The notes beneath the pieces were generated by a model. It had not been told where the DNA came from. It saw only the letters and a list, made by a program, of their open reading frames with translations, and searched no databases. DNA of 64,000 nucleotides, taken from IMG/VR virus record IMGVR_UViG_3300042731_002249, positions 6,432 to 70,431 of that record; one strand, 5' to 3'. Below are positions 1 through 9,576 of this stretch, piece by piece. The stretch is from a virus. The translations under genes and the position numbers were made by a program. Each line of letters begins with the position of its first letter. Position 1 is the first letter of the stretch.

Positions 1-2
1 AA

Positions 3-2789
3 TACCAAGTCACCAGCATCATCGACACAAGCAATTACACCATCGTGGATGATGAGACAGCCTCGGCATCGGCCAACGGTGGCGGCATTGTCGGGTACGA
101 ATACGACATCTCAGCAGGCGCTGAGAGCGTCAAGACGGCCACCGGCTACGGAACCGGACCCTACGGCAGGGAAGGCTACGGAAACGCCCGTACAGGCTCC
201 ACGCTGACCATAGGCATCCGTACATGGTCACTCGACACGTGGGGTGAGGACTTGCTGGCCTGTCCGCGTGGCGGCGCGATTTACTGGTGGGATCGCTCCA
301 AAGGCACTGGTTCGCGTGCTGTGGCGCTGGGCGGTGATGCCCCACCCAACAACGAGTATATGCTGGTTTCGCAGCGAGACAGGCATGTGTTGGCTCTGGG
401 GGCCTACGATTACTTCAACAATGCCTTCGATCCGCTCCTGATCCGCTGGTCCTCGACTGAGGACCTGAACGACTGGGTGCCGACCAGCACCAACACATCC
501 GGCGATCTCAGGCTGTATGCAGGCTCAAAGATCGTCTGCGGAGTGCGCTCACGTCTGGAGACCGTGATCTTCACTGACGTGTCGGTGCATACGCTGCCGT
601 TCGTCGGTGGCTCCATTGTGTTTGGCCTGAACATCGTGGGCGAGAACGTCTCGATTCTTGGCCCGAACTGCGCCGTGCCCATCGATCACCGGGTGCTGTT
701 CATGGCTGAGGCCGATTTCTACATGTATGACGGTGTGGTCCGGGTGGTGCCGTGTGACGTAAGGAATTACGTCTACGAGAACCTGAACGTGCAGCAGCGC
801 GACAAGATTTACGGTGGACTCAATCGCGAGTTCAACGAGGTGTGGTGGTTCTACCCAAGCTACGACCCGAACTCGTGGGTGCAGCAGGACTTCTCGCTGG
901 GCCTGCCGACCGGGTTCTCGCTGGCGAATGGATCAAACACGCCGCCGAACCTGTACGACGATGTGCTGTTCCAAGGTGATTTCGAGGGCAGCAATGGATC
1001 GACCACGTACACGGAAGAGTCCAGCTATGCAGCGGTGGCGACCTTCAACGGCGCTACCCAGATCAGCACTACCAGCCCAATCTTGGATACCTCGTCGCTT
1101 GATCTTGGGTCGGCAGCGGTCAGCGAGTTTGTCTCGTTCCCAATTCAGACAGGAGACCTGCCTGACTGGGATGGCACTGGCCAGTATCTGACTGCCGAAT
1201 ACATCTTCAGACTGGATACGCTGCACAGCTTTGGTGACAAGGACATTTGCCTTGTTGGTGATTCGGATTACAACATTTGTCGCCTTGCAGTAAACCGTTC
1301 ATCTGGCACTTCCCGGCTTCGTGCCGGATTTGCCCAGACAGGCAGTTTAACACCGGCTGTTACCATCAATGCAGGCACAAACTACGTAGTTATCGTTGAG
1401 GCAGATTACACTGGCGGCGCTGGCAACGGTGTCGAGCGCATCTGGTTTGGTGAGCAAGGTGGTGCCGCATCGCTGCTCTCCACGAATACGGGGCTGACGG
1501 CGAAGGACCCGACAATTCTGTTTACCCAACAAATTCTATTTGGCGGCACAAGCGGCTTGTTCGGCACGGATGGTCACGTCGATCACGTGCGCATCACCAA
1601 CTCAACAACTGGGCGCTATGGAACTGCTGCAACAGTAACAATCGATGACCCGTACCCGACCACGAGCAGTCCGGGTGGCCCTGCCGACATTGGTTACGTG
1701 TACGCCTTCGATTCATCAGGATTCACTGAGCGTGTTCCCAGTGCAGCGAATGTCTACGAGCATGATTACTTCATGACCAACTCGACACCCATCATCACGC
1801 CGCTGGAGAGCGAGTACGCGGTCGAGATCGACGTAAATCCAAACATCGCTGCGGGAACCGGTCAGGCAGGCGTGTGCTTCCTGAGAACAGACCTTGTTGG
1901 CACCGGCAATACTCATGCCGATGATTGTCAGCAGTTCATGGTGAGCCTGAACTATTCGTCCAACAGCGTTGTTGTCCAGAAGAAGGAAGGCGCTGCACCG
2001 ACCAACCCTGACAACCAAGTCTCCAACAGCGTGGACTTCACTACGCTGACCGGCAGCGCCATGGCACTTGGCACCAAGTACATCATCACGGTGCAGTACG
2101 ACGCGCCGCAGATGACGGTCTGGGTGGATGGTAATCAGGCATTTCAGTTCAACCTGTCTACAGCTGAAGAAGCACTGTTCACGTCAGGAACGGCTGGTCT
2201 GCACGCCTCGCCGGATACAACCGGAGACCAGTACCGGTTCTACAATTTTGCAACCGGCCCGGTCGGTACATTGACCGCAGCTGACTTCGATATTTCACCC
2301 ATCGAGGTGAATCGTTACGTGGCATTCAATTATGAAGAGGGAACATGGACCACAGGCAAGCTATCTCGAACTGCATGGGCTGACAGATCACCCTTGCTGG
2401 AGAAGCCGTATGCGGCAAGTCGCGATGGATACTTGTATCAGCATGAAACAGGTACAGACGATAATGGCGCAGCGATGGAAGCCTACATCGAGTCGTTTGA
2501 TATGGAGATACCGGAAGCAGGAGAAGAGCTGATACACATCGATCAGCTGATCCCAGACTTCCTTGAGCTGGAAGGGTCGGTTGACGTTTACCTGACAGGG
2601 CTGAAGTATCCACAGGATATGAACAGAATATCCAAGGGTCCGTACACGGTTTCACCGGGAACTCGCAAGCTATCGACCCGGATGAGAGCGAGGCAGGTTG
2701 CGTTGCGCGTCGAGTCAGATGCGCTGGGTGATCTGTGGCGCATGGGCACATGGCGAGGCAGGGGAGGTCCACACGGTAAGCGGGGATGA
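3..2789 (+). CDS. Tail nozzle/head-stabilisation protein (P22 gp10/T7 gp12-like), 5'-truncated, with a large internal insertion
   Basis: Frame is open from position 3 (YQVTSIID...). Motifs WSLDTWGEDL, DPLLIRWS, FNEVWWFYPS, RYVAFNY..W..G.L.RTAW and W(R)MGTWR match this family in aquatic podoviruses as I recall it. Confidence 0.75.
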   Translation, partial: YQVTSIIDTSNYTIVDDETASASANGGGIVGYEYDISAGAESVKTATGYGTGPYGREGYGNARTGSTLTIGIRTWSLDTWGEDLLACPRGGAIYWWDRSKGTGSRAVALGGDAPPNNEYMLVSQRDRHVLALGAYDYFNNAFDPLLIRWSSTEDLNDWVPTSTNTSGDLRLYAGSKIVCGVRSRLETVIFTDVSVHTLPFVGGSIVFGLNIVGENVSILGPNCAVPIDHRVLFMAEADFYMYDGVVRVVPCDVRNYVYENLNVQQRDKIYGGLNREFNEVWWFYPSYDPNSWVQQDFSLGLPTGFSLANGSNTPPNLYDDVLFQGDFEGSNGSTTYTEESSYAAVATFNGATQISTTSPILDTSSLDLGSAAVSEFVSFPIQTGDLPDWDGTGQYLTAEYIFRLDTLHSFGDKDICLVGDSDYNICRLAVNRSSGTSRLRAGFAQTGSLTPAVTINAGTNYVVIVEADYTGGAGNGVERIWFGEQGGAASLLSTNTGLTAKDPTILFTQQILFGGTSGLFGTDGHVDHVRITNSTTGRYGTAATVTIDDPYPTTSSPGGPADIGYVYAFDSSGFTERVPSAANVYEHDYFMTNSTPIITPLESEYAVEIDVNPNIAAGTGQAGVCFLRTDLVGTGNTHADDCQQFMVSLNYSSNSVVVQKKEGAAPTNPDNQVSNSVDFTTLTGSAMALGTKYIITVQYDAPQMTVWVDGNQAFQFNLSTAEEALFTSGTAGLHASPDTTGDQYRFYNFATGPVGTLTAADFDISPIEVNRYVAFNYEEGTWTTGKLSRTAWADRSPLLEKPYAASRDGYLYQHETGTDDNGAAMEAYIESFDMEIPEAGEELIHIDQLIPDFLELEGSVDVYLTGLKYPQDMNRISKGPYTVSPGTRKLSTRMRARQVALRVESDALGDLWRMGTWRGRGGPHGKRG

Positions 2790-4618
2790 CAACACGAATC
2801 ATCTTTCCTGCGTTCTCCAGTGATGCGTATCAGCCGTTTGAGATGCGCCAGCTGGTCTCTGCGCTTGAGCTGCGGTTTCAGCAGCTTGAGGACTCCAGCA
2901 TTGGCTCGACAATTCCTACCGTCGAAGATTCTCTTGGCGAGTTTGCCCCGTTGGAGCATACGCATGTCGAGGCTGACATACTCGATCTTCAGGACTACCT
3001 GCTCGACATAACAAACCAGTCAATCTTTGATCTGATCGATACGCCGGGTGCTGCTGGTGAAGGCGACGTACTGGTGTACCGTACCGGGCTTGGTGCGTTT
3101 GCCGCTGAACCGCAAGGTGCCAGCTCGCTGAATGATCTGACTGATGTCAGTGTGCCGTTGCCGAATGATGGTGATGTACTTACGTATAACGCCATAGCCA
3201 GTCAATGGGAGGCGCTTGGCTCTGGCACTGGTATCACCTCGCTGGCCGACCTGACCGATACCGACCTTACCGGGCAGATTCAGTTCGACATGCTGTACAA
3301 CGCGACAGGCACAGAGTGGCGTGATACTGCTGGTGCCCTTCAGTGGAACCCTGTGCTTCAGTTCCTGTCGCTGGCTTTTGATTACTCGATCAACTGGTAC
3401 GACTCAACAGGGTCGATAGTCGAGATGCTGGTAATGGAGGGTGACCCTTCTGTTGTTTCCAGCGAATGGGGAACGGTAGGCACTGACTGGACCTATGTTG
3501 GTCCTTACAACATTACCACCATGCGTTCGACTGGTGTCTATCAGAGCTTCACCGCAACATTCGGCGCAGACATCTTTCATGTTTCTGATGATGGCCTTCA
3601 GGTCCTTATCGGCGGCAACGCAGATGACGATGTTTACAGCTTCACGCTCGATAGCCCTTACGATTTTGAGAATGCCACACAGACAGGTTCGCGTGCGCTG
3701 ACCAACCCATGGTACTCAGGGCAGTGGATCAACAGCGGCAACGCCTACATGATTCAGGTGGCTGCTAACTCCGTATCCACGTACCCTTGCCCCTCGCCAT
3801 ACACAGTGGACAGTAGCGCTGCGTCCGCGACTGTTACAAACGCTGCGCTGGGCTTCCCCACATCAGGCGAGACTTCGTACTGGATGCCCCGCGATGGAAC
3901 GCTGCTGATTGGCTGTGGTGACGATGGCACGAATAATGTGTTCAGGGTGTTCAGCCTCAGCACGCCATACGACATCACTTCCTATTCGCTGCTTTACAAT
4001 CAGCGCATGGATAACCTGACCAACGGCCCTACTGGGCAGTTTCAGGGATACCAGTTTTCTGATGATGGTCTGACGGTCATCGGCATCTTCAATCGTCGTT
4101 TCTGGATTGGCACGATGAGTGCCGCTTACGATGTCACGACGCTGAGTTTTGCGGTCGGGGCTGATAGAAATGTACAGACTGACTCAGGCGATTCCTTTGC
4201 TGCTCAGGTACATGTCTCACCAGACGGCAATAGCCTGTATGTCCTGAGCGATGAAAATGTTAATGGCACGATCTATGAGTACACCAAAACAACGCCAAAC
4301 CCGGCGCTGCTTGGTGAGGGACTTACGGTTGGCGATGAGAATTATATAACCCGGATTGATGGTAGCAGTGTTGATGTGACTGCTACGGACTTTAATGTCA
4401 CAGCAACCAATGTGGACATCAATGGTGTCGATCCATCCATACACCTTGGGGAGGTTACAGGTGGGCAGTCTTTGACTGTTGAAGTGACCTCGATTACAAA
4501 TAGGACTGACATCGGTGTGGAGTGTGATCCTGCTGATGATCTTGCTATTCACGATGACGATGTTGGTGATCTGAAACGACTCAACGCGAGCGTCATCACT
4601 GATGCAGGGAACTTCTAA
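2786..4618 (+). CDS. Tail fibre/tail-associated protein with LxDLTD repeats and a beta-propeller-like region
   Basis: ATGA overlap with the upstream gene; N-terminal helix (MRQLVSALELRFQQL); SLNDLTDV..PNDGDVLTY fibre repeats; repeated (F/Y)xLxxPYD(I/F) blades; ends DAGNF. Confidence 0.7.
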   Translation: MTTRIIFPAFSSDAYQPFEMRQLVSALELRFQQLEDSSIGSTIPTVEDSLGEFAPLEHTHVEADILDLQDYLLDITNQSIFDLIDTPGAAGEGDVLVYRTGLGAFAAEPQGASSLNDLTDVSVPLPNDGDVLTYNAIASQWEALGSGTGITSLADLTDTDLTGQIQFDMLYNATGTEWRDTAGALQWNPVLQFLSLAFDYSINWYDSTGSIVEMLVMEGDPSVVSSEWGTVGTDWTYVGPYNITTMRSTGVYQSFTATFGADIFHVSDDGLQVLIGGNADDDVYSFTLDSPYDFENATQTGSRALTNPWYSGQWINSGNAYMIQVAANSVSTYPCPSPYTVDSSAASATVTNAALGFPTSGETSYWMPRDGTLLIGCGDDGTNNVFRVFSLSTPYDITSYSLLYNQRMDNLTNGPTGQFQGYQFSDDGLTVIGIFNRRFWIGTMSAAYDVTTLSFAVGADRNVQTDSGDSFAAQVHVSPDGNSLYVLSDENVNGTIYEYTKTTPNPALLGEGLTVGDENYITRIDGSSVDVTATDFNVTATNVDINGVDPSIHLGEVTGGQSLTVEVTSITNRTDIGVECDPADDLAIHDDDVGDLKRLNASVITDAGNF

Positions 4619-6624
4619 TGGCTAACACAATCAGGATCAAACGATCTGCTTCAACGAATGAGCCGACTTCGCTCTTGCAGGGCGAGCTTGCTAACTCCGA
4701 GGTAGGCTCTCCCAGTGGTATCAATGAGCTATGGATCGGCACGACTGGTCCGACCGTATTCAAGCTCATTCGCAACCTTAATGGTTCACCGGCTGAACCG
4801 ACTGCTGGCCTTGCAGCTGCCACTCCTGTCACCGCTGACTACATGGTCTTTGAGGATGTCACTGACAGCCAAGGCAAGCGTGTGCTATTTAGCGCCACGC
4901 CGCTGAGCATCTTCAATAACGATAGCGGCTGGGAAGCTAACCAGACCATTACCACCGGTCTTGCTATTGACGGTGCCGATGCCGGATCGACCGGTAACAT
5001 TACTCTCGACTTTGCTCCTGTCGAACTCACCAACGTAGCACCTGTGGCTGCTGACCAGTTCGTCTTCAACGACGCAACTGATGATACGCCGAAGAAACAG
5101 GTCGCCAGCTCCATTGCCCTGTCGATCTTCAATGATGACTTGGTAAAGGTAGACAGTCTTACGGCTGGCGTTGGCATCATCAACAATGGTACGGCAGCGG
5201 ACCCAGACATTGCGCTGGACTTCTCTGAGCTGACGGACATGACTGGAGCAATCAGTGGAACGACTGAGCTGATTCTTCAGGATGGCACAACTGAAAGTCG
5301 CAAAGCAGCCAGCGAAATCGAGCTGCGACACTTCGACAACGACCTGTTCGGCACGACCGCTACCTTCGCATTTGACTCAACCACAACAGCAGGTGATCCG
5401 GGTCCGGGTGAGCTTCGCTACGACAATGCGACTCCAGCCAGTGTTACCAATCTGTATATCGATGACTTGGAAGAAAACGGCAACGATTTTGCTTGGATTC
5501 TCAGCAACCTTGCCGTCAACGACATTATCGTCATCAAGAGCATTGATGATCCTGCGGACTACATGATCTGTCAGGTGGATGCGGCAACCACTGACAACAC
5601 TGGCTACTGGACTGTGCCGGTCAATCCGCTATTCACTGGTACTGTTCCTACAGCAGCTGATCGTCTTTCGTTCGAGGTGCAGTGGTTCAGTCAGGGTACG
5701 GCTGGCACAGTGACTTCAGTCACGGCTGGCACCGGTCTGGTCAATAGCGGTACAGCCTCGGCTGTTGTGCTGGACTTTGATTTCAGCGAACTCACCGACA
5801 TGACCGGTGCGATTGCAGGCACCACCGAGTTTATCTTGCAGGACGGCACCACTGAGAGCCGCAAAGCCGCGAGCGAGATCGACCTCGGCACGATGAACAA
5901 CAACCTCGGCTGGGAAGCAAACCAGACGATCACCACCGGCACGGGTATCGATGGTGCTGATGCTGGCTCCAGCGGCAACATCACGTTGTCTCTGGCCCTT
6001 GATGAGCTGGGCGTGACCACGCCTACTGGCGCGGACTGGCTGGCGTTTGACGACGCAGGCACGTCGAGTAAGGCGCTAATCAGCTCGTTCGATGTTGGCC
6101 TGTTCAACAACGCCACGGCTGAGTACGTCAGCGAGAATGACACCATTGTTGTGGCTGACTGGAACTGGGTACTCGATGAAGACACCCTGTCGTCTGACTC
6201 TGATGTTCATGTGCCTACGCAGCAGTCTGTCAAGGCGTATGTTGACGCGGCAGTCACTGGCGGTCTTGTCTACAAGGGTGGCTTCGACCCGACTGCGAGC
6301 GCAGGCGCAGGTAGCCCTGATCTCGACTCGATCACTTCCACAACGGGTGATACCTACACGGTCACGGTCGCAGGCACGTACAACTGGACCACGGGTTCGG
6401 CGGTACTGGAAGTCGGTGATGTCCTGATCGCTGAAGCTGACGGCGTACTGAACAACGTCAACCAGTGGACCATCGTGCAGAACAACATTGGCCAAGCATC
6501 CGAGTCCGCAGCAGGTTATGCTGAGCTGGCAACGCAGACCGAGACCGACAACGCGACTGACGACCTGCGCATTGTCACTCCGCTGAAGTTGCACAACACA
6601 ACATTCGATGGTGGCACGTTCTAA
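4618..6624 (+). CDS. Tail fibre protein
   Basis: N-terminus MANTIRIKRS..P.SL.QGELA; T/G/D-rich with internal duplications; GYAELATQTET fibre repeat; ends DGGTF. Confidence 0.75.
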   Translation: MANTIRIKRSASTNEPTSLLQGELANSEVGSPSGINELWIGTTGPTVFKLIRNLNGSPAEPTAGLAAATPVTADYMVFEDVTDSQGKRVLFSATPLSIFNNDSGWEANQTITTGLAIDGADAGSTGNITLDFAPVELTNVAPVAADQFVFNDATDDTPKKQVASSIALSIFNDDLVKVDSLTAGVGIINNGTAADPDIALDFSELTDMTGAISGTTELILQDGTTESRKAASEIELRHFDNDLFGTTATFAFDSTTTAGDPGPGELRYDNATPASVTNLYIDDLEENGNDFAWILSNLAVNDIIVIKSIDDPADYMICQVDAATTDNTGYWTVPVNPLFTGTVPTAADRLSFEVQWFSQGTAGTVTSVTAGTGLVNSGTASAVVLDFDFSELTDMTGAIAGTTEFILQDGTTESRKAASEIDLGTMNNNLGWEANQTITTGTGIDGADAGSSGNITLSLALDELGVTTPTGADWLAFDDAGTSSKALISSFDVGLFNNATAEYVSENDTIVVADWNWVLDEDTLSSDSDVHVPTQQSVKAYVDAAVTGGLVYKGGFDPTASAGAGSPDLDSITSTTGDTYTVTVAGTYNWTTGSAVLEVGDVLIAEADGVLNNVNQWTIVQNNIGQASESAAGYAELATQTETDNATDDLRIVTPLKLHNTTFDGGTF

Positions 6625-6633
6625 GGAGAACCT

Positions 6634-9576
6634 GTGGCCAACACGTTCATACTGAAGCGCAGCAACACGCTGAGCGATGTTCCCACGGCTGGCCAGCTGG
6701 TCGAGGGCGAGCTTGCGATCAACACCAATCCCGCCGACCGGAAGCTCTACTCGAAGGATTCCGGTGGCACGGTGTTCGAGATTGGCGCATTTCAGACTTA
6801 TGCCGATACCGGCTTTGAGATTCGCAGTGCTACCAACACCGATGCCGAAGACCGCCTTATAGAGTTCACTTACTCTGATAGTACGGTACGTGGCTTGATC
6901 GGTTATACCGCTGGCTCTGAACTTGAGATCACTAACCGAGTCCACGGCGCAGACATCGTGATGTTTGCTGAGGACAACGCTGGTAACGAGAAGCGTGCAT
7001 TCCTTTATGACCCCGACACAGGCAACACTTTTCTTGGTGATGACGGCTGGGAGTTTGCGACTTCGCAAGGCCCGACTGTTGCAGAGGATAATTATGTTCT
7101 GACCTACGATCATACGTCTGGTGTGATAGGACTTGAACCAGTAGCTGGCGGCGGTAATGTTTCCAATACCGGGACACCTGTTGATGGACAGATTGCGGTC
7201 TGGACTGATGCCACGACGATTGAGGGCACGGCAGAACTGACATTGACAGTCGGCGCTACCACGATCCTTGAGCTGAGAGATAACCCAGAGCAAGCAAGGG
7301 CGCAGCTTCGCGTGGCAGATAACCGGATCGAGCTTGGCTCTGTTGCTGACGAAGCAATCCTTCTTGATACGGATGATTTGCTGGTTGGGACAGGGGTAGG
7401 TACAAATTTCGACCTACAAATGTCAGACAGCCCGAGCAACGCAAAAACCGGCGTTAGCGGCTATGGTTTGTGGTGGGCAGATTCATCAACATGGTCGAGT
7501 CAGTACCCTGCATTCACCGACGAGAACAGCAACAACTACATCATGGTGGACTTGCATCAGTTGCCGATGCAGTTCTCGACACTTACTACTGCTGGTGATC
7601 CTTCGACTGGCTATTTCCGCTTTAATAATGCGACCCCCGCCAGTGTCACAGCCATTTATGTCGATGACTTGGATCACCATGCTGACGCGATTCAGCAGTG
7701 GGCGCTGCTGTCTGCTGGCGATCTCATCACGATTCGCAATGGCAATGACAGAACGAAATACTGGCAGGGCACGGTTGACTCTACCGTTGACAATACCGGC
7801 TGGTGGACAATCAACGTCACTCATGTCTCGTCGAACACGCTGTTCACCAGTACCACGTTCTGCGAATTTGATATTCAGTATCTTAGTCAAGCAGGTAGCG
7901 GCAATGTTTCCAATACTGGCACACCAGCCAATAATCAAGTTGCTGTCTGGACTGATGCGACAACGATTGAAGGTGATCCCGATTTTACGTGGACCGGAAC
8001 TACGCTCAGCATTGGCAACAACATATTTCAGCTCTCAGATGGGACCGACACATTTTCTTTAAGCGCGACCTCTGGTGTCCTCGATCTGACGACTACAGGC
8101 GGCGCTACATCTTTTGATATTGGCCTGAATGTATTTGCTAGCACTCTACGCTTGACGCAGCGCGGTACTGCGCCGACAAATACAGCAGCTACTGGTTACT
8201 TCTGGGTCCGTGACGATGACCCAACCACGCCATGGTTTACCGACGATGTTTCCGGTGATTTGCCACTTGGTTACAACGCCATGCCGCCTGTCACTATCAG
8301 CGCCAGCCAGAACTTCCTACTGGCAGAGGTCGGCAAGCTGCTGCATAAGTCTTCAGGCGGCGCTGTAACGCTGACCTGCGCCCAAGACGCTGACACGTGG
8401 GATGGCGCGACATGGGTGGTGCATAACGATGACACCGAAGACCTGACCATCGCAGCCGGTGCATCAGTCACTGTGTACTGGATAGAGGCCGGATCAGCCC
8501 CAGCGGCTGGCAGCGTTACTGTGTCGCAGGGCGGCATAGTCACCGTGTACAAGCTCAGCAATACCGAGTTCTGGGTATGGGGAGCAAAAGAAGCGGCAGC
8601 TGGTGGCGGCATATCGAACGTGGTCGAGGATACCACTCCGCAGCTGGGTGGCACCCTCGACTCGAACACGCACGACATCTGGATGAAAGACAATGACCAG
8701 ATTCAGTTCGGTTCGGCTACAGGCGGCGATGCCATCATGTATTTTGATGGTGTCGATGATCTACGTATTGTCCTCGATGATACTCAGAATTTCCGCGTTC
8801 TTGGCGGTACATCAAGCGCTGAGGCGATGCTTAACTGCCTTGCAAATGGTGAAGTCGGCATTTACTACAATGGCGCAATAAAGCTATCGACAACAAACAC
8901 TGGAGTTAATGTCACTGGCACGATCACCGCTGATGGCCTTGACATGGATGACAACCAAATCCTTACGCTGGGAACTGGTGACGATGTAGATATTTACTTC
9001 AACACAGTCGATCTTCAGATTGACATGAACTCTGGTGTTGACTTCCGTGTACGCGGTGGTGCTGCCCTTGATGACATGATTGTCGCTCTTGCTGACGCTG
9101 GTGTTGAGCTGTATTGGAACGACGTTAGGGCGCTTTACACTCAGCAATACAATGCTAATGGGAACACGTCATCAGCAGCGATTGAAGATCACGTTGGGGT
9201 AGAGCGCGATGTTGGTTTCAATGATCTGCGCTTGGTGTCAAACAACCCGGCATCCGTATCGGTAAGTGAGGCTCACATTGGGGGTGTCATCTACGCGGAT
9301 GACAACACAGGGTTCACGGTGACGTTGCCTTCCAGCACAACCTCTTTCCCGATTGGTGGTGTGATCACGATTATCAATGCCAACACGTCTGTTGCGATCA
9401 CGGTGGCAGATCAGGCTTCGTACACCTGCTTCTATCTGGATGGAAGCACGAGAACCGATATTGCTGGTACAGCTACGATTGCAGCGGGTGGCGTAGCAAC
9501 CATCTGGAGACAAACCACGGGTGGAACGTCAACAGAGCGCACGTACCTAATGTGGGGCAACGGGATCACTCCATGA
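6634..9576 (+). CDS. Long tail fibre protein
   Basis: AGGAG RBS before a GTG start; N-terminus MANTFILKRS..PTAGQLVEGELAIN; GNVSNTGTP..Q.AVWTDATTIEG twice; two copies of a beta-sandwich-like domain ending WG. Confidence 0.75.
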   Translation: MANTFILKRSNTLSDVPTAGQLVEGELAINTNPADRKLYSKDSGGTVFEIGAFQTYADTGFEIRSATNTDAEDRLIEFTYSDSTVRGLIGYTAGSELEITNRVHGADIVMFAEDNAGNEKRAFLYDPDTGNTFLGDDGWEFATSQGPTVAEDNYVLTYDHTSGVIGLEPVAGGGNVSNTGTPVDGQIAVWTDATTIEGTAELTLTVGATTILELRDNPEQARAQLRVADNRIELGSVADEAILLDTDDLLVGTGVGTNFDLQMSDSPSNAKTGVSGYGLWWADSSTWSSQYPAFTDENSNNYIMVDLHQLPMQFSTLTTAGDPSTGYFRFNNATPASVTAIYVDDLDHHADAIQQWALLSAGDLITIRNGNDRTKYWQGTVDSTVDNTGWWTINVTHVSSNTLFTSTTFCEFDIQYLSQAGSGNVSNTGTPANNQVAVWTDATTIEGDPDFTWTGTTLSIGNNIFQLSDGTDTFSLSATSGVLDLTTTGGATSFDIGLNVFASTLRLTQRGTAPTNTAATGYFWVRDDDPTTPWFTDDVSGDLPLGYNAMPPVTISASQNFLLAEVGKLLHKSSGGAVTLTCAQDADTWDGATWVVHNDDTEDLTIAAGASVTVYWIEAGSAPAAGSVTVSQGGIVTVYKLSNTEFWVWGAKEAAAGGGISNVVEDTTPQLGGTLDSNTHDIWMKDNDQIQFGSATGGDAIMYFDGVDDLRIVLDDTQNFRVLGGTSSAEAMLNCLANGEVGIYYNGAIKLSTTNTGVNVTGTITADGLDMDDNQILTLGTGDDVDIYFNTVDLQIDMNSGVDFRVRGGAALDDMIVALADAGVELYWNDVRALYTQQYNANGNTSSAAIEDHVGVERDVGFNDLRLVSNNPASVSVSEAHIGGVIYADDNTGFTVTLPSSTTSFPIGGVITIINANTSVAITVADQASYTCFYLDGSTRTDIAGTATIAAGGVATIWRQTTGGTSTERTYLMWGNGITP

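Noticed and set aside
6076-7293. 405-aa minus-strand ORF, and other long antisense ORFs such as 19496-20305, 47157-47915 and 60044-61096
   Set aside because: They shadow well-supported plus-strand genes and have no recognisable motifs.
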